Shown: positions 8,736 through 18,319 of the stretch, in pieces | Layout: the number at the start of each line of letters is the position of its first letter | Numbering within the stretch: the first letter of the stretch is position 1 | From: an uncultured Eubacteriales bacterium | GTDB lineage: Bacteria; Actinomycetota; Coriobacteriia; Anaerosomatales; JAUVQN01 | Assembly (NCBI GenBank): GCA_964406675.1 | Contig: CAYOSP010000003.1 | Location: 63,007-127,006, forward strand | DNA length: 64,000 bases | Reading direction: 5' to 3' | Translations under genes and position numbers: made by a program | The notes under the pieces: generated by a model | Told to the model about the DNA's origin: nothing | The model's database searches: none | The model's input: only the letters and a program-made list of their open reading frames with translations

Positions 8736-10141
8736 CCATGGCGGTAGGGACCCTCATCGAGGTCACGGGAGGCCGGTTGGCGCACGGCCCGGACACCACG
8801 GTGGTCAACGGTCTCGCGATCGATTCGCGTGAGGTCGCCCCCGGGGCGGCGTTCGTGGCGTTCGCCGGCGAGCACGTCGACGGTCGTCGTTACGTCCCGC
8901 AGGCGGTGCGTGCCGGAGCGCGTGCAGTGCTCGTGACGGACCCGGACGAGGAGCTCATCTCCTCGGTCGCGGAACTGCGTCGCCACGACGTGGCCGTCGT
9001 GGCGATCGACGATCCGCTCGAGGCCGTGCAGGCGCTCGCTTCGCACCATCGTGAACGGCTGCATTGTCCCGTGCTCGGGGTGACGGGCTCGACGGGGAAG
9101 ACGACGACGAAGGACTTCGTGGCCGCGGTGCTCGCGCGAAGGCTGAGAGTCGTGGCCACGGAGGGGAACCGCAACAACGAGTTGGGCGCTCCCCTCACGG
9201 TGATGGAGGCGGGCGCCGAGACGGAGGCGCTCATCGTCGAGATGGCGATGCGGGCTCGCGGTGAGATCGAGCAGCTGGGCCGGATCGTCCGCCCGACCAT
9301 GGGCCTCGTGACGAACGTCGGGCAGACCCACATAGAGACGCTCGGCAGCGAGGAGGCGATCGCCTCCGCGAAGGGCGAGCTCGTCCGGTCCGTCCCCGAG
9401 AAGGGCGTGGTGTTCCTGAACGGCGACGACGCATGGACCGACACCCTCGCGGCCGATACCCGGGCCGAGGTGGTCCGCTACGGACTCGGCCCGGCCTGCG
9501 ACGTGCGGGCGGTGGACATCGAGGTCGACGCGGACGGACACCCGTCGCTCACGCTGCAGACGCCGTCGGGCTCGTTCGAGACGAGCCTCTCGGTGCCCGG
9601 GAGACACAACGCGTACAATGCCGCGGCCGCCGCGGCCGTCGCATCGCGGCTGGGTCTCGACAGAGAGGTCATCGCCGAGGGGCTGGCGGAGGCGCGGGTC
9701 AGCCCGATGCGCATGGAGGTCTTCCAGAGCGCGTCGGGCGTCACCGTGATCAACGACGCCTACAACGCTTCGCCGACGTCGATGCGTGCGGGGCTCGCGG
9801 CCCTGGACGACATCCGCGTCGCCGGCCGTCGCATCGCGGTCCTCGGCGATATGGCCGAGCTCGGCTCGCTCGCGGAACTCGCGCATTTCGAGTTGGGGGA
9901 GGATGTCGGGCGCTCGCGCGTGGACATGCTCGTGACCGTCGGGGAGAGAGCGAAGCGCATCGCCGACGGGGCGCGGACGAGCGGTCTCGTGGACGACGTC
10001 ATCCACGTGTGCGCGGACGGTCGGGAGGCCTCGGATGTGATCCGGGGACTGGTGCGCGAGGGTGACGGGGTCCTCGTGAAGGCGTCACGCGTCATGGGGC
10101 TGGAGCACGTCGTCGAGGCGCTGGTTCAAGCTGATGTTTAA
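8729..10141 (+). CDS. murF: UDP-N-acetylmuramoyl-tripeptide--D-alanyl-D-alanine ligase MurF
   Basis: GVTGSTGKTTTK P-loop, Mur ligase architecture. 7-nt overlap with murE. Confidence 0.9.
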   Translation: MLTMAVGTLIEVTGGRLAHGPDTTVVNGLAIDSREVAPGAAFVAFAGEHVDGRRYVPQAVRAGARAVLVTDPDEELISSVAELRRHDVAVVAIDDPLEAVQALASHHRERLHCPVLGVTGSTGKTTTKDFVAAVLARRLRVVATEGNRNNELGAPLTVMEAGAETEALIVEMAMRARGEIEQLGRIVRPTMGLVTNVGQTHIETLGSEEAIASAKGELVRSVPEKGVVFLNGDDAWTDTLAADTRAEVVRYGLGPACDVRAVDIEVDADGHPSLTLQTPSGSFETSLSVPGRHNAYNAAAAAAVASRLGLDREVIAEGLAEARVSPMRMEVFQSASGVTVINDAYNASPTSMRAGLAALDDIRVAGRRIAVLGDMAELGSLAELAHFELGEDVGRSRVDMLVTVGERAKRIADGARTSGLVDDVIHVCADGREASDVIRGLVREGDGVLVKASRVMGLEHVVEALVQADV

Positions 10142-11171
10142 CCTGAGCCTATACCCCACCTATCAGGTCTTCTTGACCGTGGTGATAGCGATGCTGCTCA
10201 CGGCGGCGCTCTTCCCGTTCTGGATCCGCGTGCTGCGGTTCCGGCGGATCGGGCAGCAGGTGCGGGCCGACGGACCGCAGGGACACCTGGTGAAGCAGGG
10301 TACGCCGACCATGGGTGGCGTGCTCATACTGCTGGTGATGTTCGGGGTCTACCTGTCGATGGGGGAGGTCGATCGGTTCGGGGTGGTGGCGCTGACCGCC
10401 ACGCTCGCGTGCGGTCTGCTGGGATTCGTGGACGACTACACGAAGGTGCTCCGGGAGCGATCCCTAGGCCTCAGCCCGAGGGGTAAGCTTCTCTGGCAGG
10501 GGGCGATCGCCGTGGCGATCGGTCTGCTCGCGGTGAACTGGGGCGGCATCTCGCCCGTGGTGGCCATACCCGTGTTCGGAGGCGGGATCGATCTGGGTAT
10601 CGGGTCGTTCGACGTGCGGGTCGCCTCCACCGTACTCGCGGTGCCTTGGGTGTACCTGATACTCGTCTTCCTCATGGTCGCGGGCATGTCGAACTTCGTG
10701 AACCTGACCGACGGCCTGGACGGTCTGGCGGCCGGGACGGTGACCATCGTCATGTTCGCCTACGCCGGCATCGCGTTCCGGCAGAACCATCTGAGCCTCG
10801 CGTTGCTCGCCGCGGCGGTGGCCGGCGCCTGCATCGGCTTCCTCTGGTACAACAGCTTCCCCGCCGACATCTTCATGGGCGACACGGGGTCGCTCGGTCT
10901 GGGCGCCGCGATCGCCGCGTTGGCCATCGTGACGAAGACCGAGCTGCTCCTCCCGCTCATCGGCGGCATCTACATGTGGGAAGGGCTCTCCGTGATCCTC
11001 CAGGTCGCTTCGTTCAAGGTCACCGGCAGACGGCTGTTCCGCATGGCCCCGATCCACCATCACTACGAGATGCTCGGCTGGTCCGAGACGAGGATCATGG
11101 TCCGGTTCTGGATCATCACCGGGATACTGGCGGGCGGCGGTTTCGCCCTCTACTTCGTGGGGTCGGTGTGA
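10134..11171 (+). CDS. mraY: phospho-N-acetylmuramoyl-pentapeptide transferase MraY
   Basis: Polytopic membrane protein with MraY motifs (GTPTMGG, NLTDGLDGLA, FMGDTGSLGLG, APIHHHYE). Confidence 0.95.
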   Translation: MFNLSLYPTYQVFLTVVIAMLLTAALFPFWIRVLRFRRIGQQVRADGPQGHLVKQGTPTMGGVLILLVMFGVYLSMGEVDRFGVVALTATLACGLLGFVDDYTKVLRERSLGLSPRGKLLWQGAIAVAIGLLAVNWGGISPVVAIPVFGGGIDLGIGSFDVRVASTVLAVPWVYLILVFLMVAGMSNFVNLTDGLDGLAAGTVTIVMFAYAGIAFRQNHLSLALLAAAVAGACIGFLWYNSFPADIFMGDTGSLGLGAAIAALAIVTKTELLLPLIGGIYMWEGLSVILQVASFKVTGRRLFRMAPIHHHYEMLGWSETRIMVRFWIITGILAGGGFALYFVGSV

Positions 11172-12610
11172 TGGCTCCGACGCCGGAGAGAGCGGTGTCC
11201 GTCCTGGAGACCGGATCCGGGTCCCCGGACGTCGGCCCCCGGGTCGCGGTGCTCGGTGTGGGACGCTCGGGTGTCGCCACCTGCGCGTATCTGGCCGAGC
11301 GCATGGCCGGGGGCGAGCCTCTGGAGGTCGCCGCGTTCGACGAGTCCGATGACGAGCGCGCCCGCCAGGGCGCGGAGCGGATCGCCGCGATGGGTCTGGA
11401 CGTGCGACTCGGCGTCGCCGAGGTGCCCGGGTCCTGGGATCTCGCGGTCGCCAGCCCCGGCATACCCCCGCGGAGCCCTCTGATCGTCTCGGCGGAGCGT
11501 TCCGCGGGTGAGGTGATCTCCGAGATCGAACTCGCGTGGAGGATATCGCGCTCTCCCTTCGTGGCCGTGACCGGGACCAATGGGAAGACCACGGTCACCA
11601 GCCTCGTCGAGCACCTGCTCATGTGCGCCGGCGTACCCGCCGAGGCGGCAGGCAACATCGGTTCGCCCGCCGTGTCCGCCGCCGCGTCGGCGGGTCCGGC
11701 GACCGTGCTCGTGACGGAGGTCTCCTCGTTCCAGCTGTCCCGGATCCGGGACTTCCATCCACGTGTGGCCGTCCTGTTGAACCTCACCGAGGACCACGTG
11801 GACTGGCATGGCTCGTTCGAGGCCTACGCTTCCGACAAGGCGCGCGTGTTCGAGAACCTGGGCCCCGGCGACCTCGCGATCGTCGACGTCGACGACGAGG
11901 GTTCGAGGCCGTGGGCCGCGCGGCTCGAGGAGACCGGGCTCCGCGTCTGCCGGATCGCGCTGCGCGGGCGCCACGATGGAGGCGCATGGGTGGACGATGA
12001 CGACATGCTCGTGGTGGATCGTCCGGAGGGTCCGGTCGAGCTCCTCGACCGATCGCGACTCCCGCTGTGGGGGAGCCACAACGTCTCGAACGCGCTCGCT
12101 TCCGCCGCGGCCGCGATGGAGATGGGCGCGTCGGACGAGGACGTGGCGCGCGGGCTCGGATCGTTCGAGCCGATACCGCACCGTCTCCAGCCGGTCGGCC
12201 AGGTCGGCGGGATCGAGTACTTCGACGATTCCAAGGCGACGAACCCGGACGCCGCGCTCAAAGCGCTGAGCGCCTTCGCCGGTCGCGGTGTCGTGCTCCT
12301 ACTCGGGGGAAGGGGTAAGGACCTGTCGCTCGAGCGGCTCGTCGAAGGTGTCCGCGCGTCGGCCAGGGCGGTGGTGACCTTCGGTGAGGCGGGTCCGGCG
12401 ATCTCCGAGGCCTTGCGGTCGGCGGGGGTCCGGGTGCGCGAGACCGGCTCCATGCGCGACGCCGTCCCCGTTGCGGCCGGCATCGCGGAGGAAGGCGACG
12501 CGGTGGTGCTGTCGCCGGCCTGTGCGAGCTTCGATGAGTTCAGGGACTACGCCGAGCGGGGTGACGTGTTCGCTGCGCTCGTCCGCGGGCTGGGGGCGGA
12601 GGAGCGATGA
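11171..12610 (+). CDS. murD: UDP-N-acetylmuramoylalanine--D-glutamate ligase MurD
   Basis: Track ORF 10646..12610, trimmed to ATG 11171 (TGATG overlap with the mraY stop). VTGTNGKTTV P-loop and an N-terminal Rossmann-like GVGRSG. Confidence 0.9.
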   Translation: MAPTPERAVSVLETGSGSPDVGPRVAVLGVGRSGVATCAYLAERMAGGEPLEVAAFDESDDERARQGAERIAAMGLDVRLGVAEVPGSWDLAVASPGIPPRSPLIVSAERSAGEVISEIELAWRISRSPFVAVTGTNGKTTVTSLVEHLLMCAGVPAEAAGNIGSPAVSAAASAGPATVLVTEVSSFQLSRIRDFHPRVAVLLNLTEDHVDWHGSFEAYASDKARVFENLGPGDLAIVDVDDEGSRPWAARLEETGLRVCRIALRGRHDGGAWVDDDDMLVVDRPEGPVELLDRSRLPLWGSHNVSNALASAAAAMEMGASDEDVARGLGSFEPIPHRLQPVGQVGGIEYFDDSKATNPDAALKALSAFAGRGVVLLLGGRGKDLSLERLVEGVRASARAVVTFGEAGPAISEALRSAGVRVRETGSMRDAVPVAAGIAEEGDAVVLSPACASFDEFRDYAERGDVFAALVRGLGAEER

Positions 12611-13821
12611 GCGTCACTCGCCGGGAGACGCTCGCCAGGGACCTGCTTCTCGCGGCGGCCCTCTTCCTGGTGGTCGCCGGTGTGGTGATGGTGTATTCGG
12701 CGGCATCCGTCTCGGACTACGTCCAGCACGGCGACAGCGCCTTCCATCTCAAGCGACATCTGCAGTGGCTGGCGGTCGGGGTCGTCGTCATGTTCGGGCT
12801 CTCGAGGTTCGATTACCGGCGGCTCGCGCGGCTGTCCTGGCCGCTGTGGGCGGTGTCCGTCGCGGGCCTCGTCGCCGTGCTCGTGATGGGGGTCTCGCGG
12901 TGGGGCGCCAGGCGCTGGGTCGAGTGGGGCGGCAACAGCATCCAGCCGTCCGAGTTCGCGAAGCTCGCCACCGTGCTGCTGCTCGCCCACCTGTTGAGCC
13001 GCCGTTCGCGAAACGGTCCCGCAGAGGAGGAGCGGCGGCGCGATCTCGCGATACTGGCGCTGGTCATACTACCGGTGGCCGGGCTCGTGATGGCGCAGCC
13101 CGACATGGGCACCACGATGGCGATCCTCGCGTCGGGTCTCGTGGTCGCCGTGCTGGGCGGTCTCGCCGGGCGCAGCATCGCGGGGCTCATCGCGATGGGT
13201 GCGGTCGTGATGCCGGTGATGGTGTTCGTCGAGCCGTACCGCATGGCCAGACTGTTCTCCTTCATCGACCCGTGGGCCGACCCCTTGGGAGACGGCTATC
13301 AGACGATACAGGCGCTGTACGCGTTCGGCTCCGGGGGCCTGACCGGGGTAGGGCTCGGGATGTCGAAGCAGAAGTTCTTCTATCTGCCCGCCGCGCATAC
13401 CGACTTCATCTTCGCCATAATCGGGGAGGAGCTCGGCCTGCTGGGCACGCTCGCCGTGGTCGCGGTCTTCGCGGTCTTGGCCTACGCGGGGATCCGGGTG
13501 GCACTCGAGTGCGGCGACCGACTCGGGAGGCTGCTCGCAGGCGGACTCACGGCGATGATCGTGATGCAGGCGCTGATGAACATGGCGGCGGTCACCAACC
13601 TGATGCCGGTCACCGGCATCCCGCTGCCCCTGGTGAGCTTCGGCGGGTCGTCGCTCATCTTCACGATGGGGTGTATCGGTATCATCCTCTCGGTGTGGCG
13701 CTACGGCGGGAAGACGACCAGGGAGGCGCGGAGTGCGAGTACTGCTGACCGGGGGAGGGACGGCCGGACACGTGTATCCCGCGCTGGCCGTCGCGCGGTC
13801 TCTGGCCTCACGCGGTCATGA
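12607..13821 (+). CDS. ftsW: SEDS family peptidoglycan polymerase FtsW
   Basis: About 10 TM segments with FtsW/RodA motifs (QPSEFAKL, PDMGT, TDFIFA, PLPLVSFGGSS). The 3' tail overlaps murG by 89 nt. Confidence 0.9.
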   Translation: MSVTRRETLARDLLLAAALFLVVAGVVMVYSAASVSDYVQHGDSAFHLKRHLQWLAVGVVVMFGLSRFDYRRLARLSWPLWAVSVAGLVAVLVMGVSRWGARRWVEWGGNSIQPSEFAKLATVLLLAHLLSRRSRNGPAEEERRRDLAILALVILPVAGLVMAQPDMGTTMAILASGLVVAVLGGLAGRSIAGLIAMGAVVMPVMVFVEPYRMARLFSFIDPWADPLGDGYQTIQALYAFGSGGLTGVGLGMSKQKFFYLPAAHTDFIFAIIGEELGLLGTLAVVAVFAVLAYAGIRVALECGDRLGRLLAGGLTAMIVMQALMNMAAVTNLMPVTGIPLPLVSFGGSSLIFTMGCIGIILSVWRYGGKTTREARSASTADRGRDGRTRVSRAGRRAVSGLTRS

Positions 13822-14845
13822 GGTGCGCTACGTCGGCACGCCCGACGGTCCGGAAGCCCGCATCGTCGCCGGCGAGGGACTGAGTTACCATCCGCTGCCC
13901 GCGAAGGGGTTCGACCGTTCCCGGCCGATGACGCTCGTGTCCTCCTCGTGGATCGCGGCGGATTCGGCGAGGAAGGCGCGCAGACTGATCCGGGACGAGT
14001 CCGTCGGCGCGGCCGTGGCGTTCGGAGGCTACGTGTGCCTCCCGGTCGGGTTCGCGGCCGCCGTCTCCCGCGTACCCCTCGTCCTGCACGAGCAGAACTC
14101 CGTGCCCGGTCTGGCGAATCGTCTTCTGTCGAGATGGGCCGTCGCCGCCGGCGTCACCTACCCGGATACCGCGGAGGCGTTCGAGCGGGTGCCGGAGGTG
14201 CGAGTGACCGGGAACCCGGTGAGGTCCGAGATGTTCGAGACCGGTCGCGGCGAGGCGCGCGAGCGGCTCGACCTGCCGCGCGACGGGCTGGTCCTGCTGG
14301 TGTTCGGCGGGAGCCGCGGGGCGCGTCACGTCAACGAGGCGGTCGTCGAGCTCTACCCCCGGCTCAGGCGCTTCCGCGCCTTGCGGGTGCTGCACCTGGC
14401 GGGTAGCATCGAGGCCGCTTCCGTGAGAGAGCGCCTCGAGGTCGTCGCGGGTGAGGCGCCGGGATGGTGGCATGTCTACGAGTATCTCGAGGACATGGCC
14501 GCGGGTCTGGCGGCGGCCGATCTGGTCGTCGCCCGCGCGGGCGCCACGTCCATCGCCGAGATCACCGCGATGGGTCGCGCGTCGGTATTGGTCCCGTATC
14601 CGTACGCGACGGGGGACCACCAGACGGCGAACGCCGAGGAGTTGGTGCGGGCGGGGGGCGCGGTGCGCGTCGCCGACGACGATCTGGACTCCCCGGGATT
14701 CGGCGATATCGTGATCGATCTGCTGGAGCGGTCCGAACGACGTGAGCGGATGGAGCGGGCGAGCGCGGGGATCGCGGTCAGGGACGCGGCGGAACGGGTG
14801 GCGACGCTGGTGGAGGATGCGGTCCGCCGGTCCCGTGAGCGCTGA
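13733..14845 (+). CDS. murG: UDP-N-acetylglucosamine--N-acetylmuramyl-(pentapeptide) pyrophosphoryl-undecaprenol GlcNAc transferase MurG
   Basis: GTG start. N-terminus LTGGGTAGHVYPALAVA; C-terminal domain has the GATSIAEI and DHQTANA motifs. Confidence 0.9.
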   Translation: MRVLLTGGGTAGHVYPALAVARSLASRGHEVRYVGTPDGPEARIVAGEGLSYHPLPAKGFDRSRPMTLVSSSWIAADSARKARRLIRDESVGAAVAFGGYVCLPVGFAAAVSRVPLVLHEQNSVPGLANRLLSRWAVAAGVTYPDTAEAFERVPEVRVTGNPVRSEMFETGRGEARERLDLPRDGLVLLVFGGSRGARHVNEAVVELYPRLRRFRALRVLHLAGSIEAASVRERLEVVAGEAPGWWHVYEYLEDMAAGLAAADLVVARAGATSIAEITAMGRASVLVPYPYATGDHQTANAEELVRAGGAVRVADDDLDSPGFGDIVIDLLERSERRERMERASAGIAVRDAAERVATLVEDAVRRSRER

Positions 14846-14868
14846 ACGCGGAGAAGAGGAGTAGGACC

Positions 14869-16269
14869 TTGGAGCGCGTCTACGCGCACTTCATAGGGGT
14901 CGGCGGAGCCGGTATGAGCGCCATCGCGCGTGTCCTGCACGAGCGTGGGGTGCCGATCACCGGGTCCGACCTCAAGCGGTCCGGCTACACGGACCAGCTG
15001 GAGGACCTGGGCATCCCGATCGCGATCGGGCACGCGCCCGAGCACCTCGGCTCGCCGGAGGTCGTCGTCGTGTCCACCGCGATCCCCGATTCCAATCCGG
15101 AACTCGCCGCCGCCCGTGCCGGCGGCATCCCGGTGTGGCCGCGCGCGAGGATGCTCGCGGAACTGGCGGGCGACTCGGCCACGGTGGCGGTCGCCGGCAC
15201 GCACGGGAAGACCACCACGAGTTCGATGGTGACCGCGGCGCTCCGCGCCGCAGGCCGGGATCCGACCTTCCTGATAGGCGGCGAACTCAACGACGTCGGC
15301 GCGAACGCCGGCTGCGGGGACGGCCCTCACTACGTCGTCGAGGCGGACGAATCCGACGGTTCGTTCCTCTACCTGTCGCCGCATACGGCGCTCATCACGA
15401 ACGTCGAGGCGGACCACCTCGACCACTACTCGAACCTCAGGGAGGTCGAGGAGGCGTTCCTCGAGTTCATGTCGAGGTGTGATGAGGACGGCCGGCTCGT
15501 GGTGTGTGTCGACGATCCTCCGCTCGCGCGCCTGTGCGAGGGTGTCGAGCGCATCCAGGGTCCGAGGATCCTCACGTACGGGTCGAGTGAGATGGCGGAG
15601 GTGCGCATCACCGACGTGGTCGCGCGGCGCTCGGGCCACGACTTCACCGTCACGTTCCCGGACGGGTCGTCCGTGCGCACCCGCCTGCCGGTCCCCGGCA
15701 TGCACAACGTGATCAACGCGTGCGGAGCGCTGGCGGCGGTCTGGTCCCTGGGCGTGGATCCCGCCGCCGCGGCGGCGGGACTCGAGCGGTTCACCGGGGT
15801 GCGCAGGAGGATGGAGCTCGTCGGCGAGGCCGACGGGGTGCGGGTGATCGACGACTACGCGCACCACCCTACCGAGGTCCGGGCGACGATCGCCGCCGCC
15901 CTCGAGGCCAACGAGGGCCGCCTCTGGGTGGTGTTCCAGCCCCATCGATACTCGCGGACCGCGGCGATCGGAGACGACTTCGGGGACGCGTTCGAGCAGG
16001 CCGATCGGGTGGTGCTCATGGATGTCTACAGCGCGGGCGAGGCGCCCATCCCCGGGGTGTCCGGTCGAACCCTGCTCAAGGCCGTGCTCGACATGGTGCC
16101 GCACAGTCGGGTCGCCTACCTTCCTCACCGCGCGGACGTCGAGCCCTACGTGCTGCAGGGGATCCGACCCGGCGACACGGTCATGACCATGGGCGCGGGT
16201 GACGTGACTTCGCTCGGCCCCATGATCACCGACGCGTTACGGCGGCGTCTGGAGGCGTCGGTGGGATGA
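14869..16269 (+). CDS. murC: UDP-N-acetylmuramate--L-alanine ligase MurC
   Basis: TTG start after GAGGAG. HFIGVGGAGMS and AGTHGKTTT motifs. Confidence 0.92.
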   Translation: MERVYAHFIGVGGAGMSAIARVLHERGVPITGSDLKRSGYTDQLEDLGIPIAIGHAPEHLGSPEVVVVSTAIPDSNPELAAARAGGIPVWPRARMLAELAGDSATVAVAGTHGKTTTSSMVTAALRAAGRDPTFLIGGELNDVGANAGCGDGPHYVVEADESDGSFLYLSPHTALITNVEADHLDHYSNLREVEEAFLEFMSRCDEDGRLVVCVDDPPLARLCEGVERIQGPRILTYGSSEMAEVRITDVVARRSGHDFTVTFPDGSSVRTRLPVPGMHNVINACGALAAVWSLGVDPAAAAAGLERFTGVRRRMELVGEADGVRVIDDYAHHPTEVRATIAAALEANEGRLWVVFQPHRYSRTAAIGDDFGDAFEQADRVVLMDVYSAGEAPIPGVSGRTLLKAVLDMVPHSRVAYLPHRADVEPYVLQGIRPGDTVMTMGAGDVTSLGPMITDALRRRLEASVG

Positions 16270-17177
16270 GCGTGGAAGGGGCGTGGCGCGCACTGTCGAG
16301 CGGGATGCGGGGAGAGGTCCGACGGGACGAGCCCATGGCGCGCCATACCTCCTTCAGGCTCGGTGGTCCCGCCGACCTCTTCTGCGTCTGCGACACGCTC
16401 GGTGATCTCACCCTCGCCGTCGACGTGCTGGAGCAGGAGGAGGTGCCCTCGGTCGTACTCGGGAAGGGCACCAACGTCCTGGTCTCGGATGACGGATACC
16501 GCGGAGCGGTGCTCGTGCTCGGCGAGGAGTTCCGGCGCCACAGCGTCGACGACGAGACCATCCGCGCCGGCGCCGCGGTCTCTCTCGCCAGACTCGTCCA
16601 GGTCGCGTTCAAGAGCGCGCTGGACGGTCTCGCCTTCGCGGTGGGTATCCCGGGCACGTTCGGGGGAGCGCTCGCGATGAACGCGGGCACGCGGGACCGG
16701 TGGATCGGCGAGGTGACCACGTCGGTCACCGTCTACGAGCCGGGACGGGGGTTGCGGCACGTCAGGGGGTCTCAGGTCGATTGGGGGTACCGGACGAGCG
16801 ATCTGCCCGAGCGCGGTATCATCATCGAGGGCGTGCTCCGATGCGAAGCGGGTGACGCCGGCCTCATCCGCGCACGCATGGACCGTGGCTTCAAGGCGCG
16901 TACGAGCGCGCAGCCCACGGGTGTAGCCAGCGCGGGGAGCGTGTTCGTGAACCCGGAAGGGGATTCGGCGGGCCGATTGATCGAGACGGCAGGCCTGAAG
17001 GGCGCGAGCATCGGGGGCGCGCGAGTGTCGGACCTGCACGCGAACTTCATCGTGAACGAGGGTTCGGCCACCGCTCGAGACGTGTACGAACTCGTGGGAG
17101 CGGTCCGTGCCGCCGTGAAGGAGGAACATGGCATCGAACTCGAACCCGAGGTCAGACTCCTCGGATCGTTCGGATAG
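16266..17177 (+). CDS. murB: UDP-N-acetylenolpyruvoylglucosamine reductase MurB
   Basis: FAD-binding N-terminus (TSFRLGGPADLF, LGKGTNVLV) and C-terminal MurB motifs. ATGA overlap with murC. Confidence 0.9.
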   Translation: MSVEGAWRALSSGMRGEVRRDEPMARHTSFRLGGPADLFCVCDTLGDLTLAVDVLEQEEVPSVVLGKGTNVLVSDDGYRGAVLVLGEEFRRHSVDDETIRAGAAVSLARLVQVAFKSALDGLAFAVGIPGTFGGALAMNAGTRDRWIGEVTTSVTVYEPGRGLRHVRGSQVDWGYRTSDLPERGIIIEGVLRCEAGDAGLIRARMDRGFKARTSAQPTGVASAGSVFVNPEGDSAGRLIETAGLKGASIGGARVSDLHANFIVNEGSATARDVYELVGAVRAAVKEEHGIELEPEVRLLGSFG

Positions 17178-18138
17178 GGATCGCGGGCGGGATCGCGGTC
17201 GTGGGCGTTCGCGCGCGGGCGACCGCGCCCGCGACGGCCGCGATGGTCGTGGCGTGGGACGTCGCGGCGCGAAAGCGTCGCGGTCCGGGGGCGGCTCGAC
17301 GGGCCGCTCGCAGCGGGGGTCCGGTCGTGGCCGCACCGCGGGTGGGGCCGGCGGACGGGAGAGAGCCGGGAGCGCCGAGGCTCGCAGGAAGCGGGAGGAG
17401 CGCGAGCGCCGGCAGGCCGAGCGCGCGAAGCGTGCTCGTCTGAGGGCCCTGGTGTGGTCGCTGATCGCGCTTCTGGTCATCGTCGGGCTGGTCGCGCTGT
17501 ATCGGTCTCCCGCCTTCACCATCGAACGCGTTGAAATCGAGGGGGTCGAGCGGCGCACGGAGGACGAGATCCGGGCGCGGGCACAGGTCGCCGCGGACGC
17601 CACCCTTCTGAGGTTCCCCGCGGACGAGGTGAGGGAGCGACTGCTGGCCGATCCATGGATCGCGGACGCATCGGTGAGCCGTGACTTCCCCGACACCATG
17701 CGCATCTCCGTCACGGAGAGGCAGCCGACCGCGCTGCTCGACACGGGGGAGGACTACTGGCTCGTCGATCCCGAGGGCTTCGTGCTGGAGAGACATGCGC
17801 TCGAGGAGACGTCCGCCCTGGTGCTCATCAGGGACGTCTCCGGTGTGGAGCCCACGGTGGGCCGGCGCAGCGGTTCGGATGCGCTGCGCAACGCGCTGGA
17901 CGTGCTCACGGGACTCTCGCAGGAACTGAAGTCCCGGACCCGCGCCGTCTCCGCACCCAGCGTCGACGAGACCGCGCTGTTCACCGACGAGGGTGTGGAG
18001 GTCCTGTTCGGGGTCGCCGAGCAGGTGGACAAGAAGGATCTGGTCGCGCGCGGCATACTGGCTGAACAGGAAGACCTCGTCGTGTTCATCGACGTGCGGG
18101 ACCCCGATCGCCCGGTGTGGCGCGGTCTCGAACAGTGA
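17128..18138 (+). CDS. ftsQ: cell division protein FtsQ (POTRA domain) with a long Arg/Gly-rich N-terminal tail
   Basis: GGAGGAAC precedes the ATG. About 100 aa of an RG/RD-rich tail, then a TM helix (LIALLVIVGLVAL), then POTRA (IERVEIEGVERRTEDEI). Slot between murB and ftsZ. Confidence 0.75.
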   Translation: MASNSNPRSDSSDRSDRDRGRDRGRGRSRAGDRARDGRDGRGVGRRGAKASRSGGGSTGRSQRGSGRGRTAGGAGGRERAGSAEARRKREERERRQAERAKRARLRALVWSLIALLVIVGLVALYRSPAFTIERVEIEGVERRTEDEIRARAQVAADATLLRFPADEVRERLLADPWIADASVSRDFPDTMRISVTERQPTALLDTGEDYWLVDPEGFVLERHALEETSALVLIRDVSGVEPTVGRRSGSDALRNALDVLTGLSQELKSRTRAVSAPSVDETALFTDEGVEVLFGVAEQVDKKDLVARGILAEQEDLVVFIDVRDPDRPVWRGLEQ

Positions 18139-18164
18139 GCGGGCGAGAGGGCGGCGAGGCATCC

Positions 18165-18197
18165 GGGGAGCCGGTGGGGAGCCGGTCGGGAGCCGGT
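18165..18197. repeat. 11-bp x3 tandem repeat (GGGGAGCCGGT / GGGGAGCCGGT / CGGGAGCCGGT)
   Basis: Counted directly. Lies between the ftsQ stop (18138) and the ftsZ start (18320). Confidence 0.85.
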
Positions 18198-18319
18198 CGG
18201 GCGTGCCCCTCTTGCGCGAGGGATAAGGGTTATGCCAAACTTTACTGTTGCTGGGCAGGCTCGACCTATACATTAGGGTTTGACGGGTGTCCACTAGGCC
18301 TGTCCCAGGGGAGGCGACC

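Noticed and set aside
10646-12610. N-terminally extended track ORFs (10646 murD, 26472 ileS, 29753 rluD, 52072 permease, 60104 Fe-S protein; minus strand 54616 rubrerythrin and 56522 flippase-like)
   Set aside because: The extensions overlap the upstream gene in another frame and lack homology-like sequence. Internal starts that give canonical N-termini, SD sequences and ATGA/TGATG overlaps were preferred.
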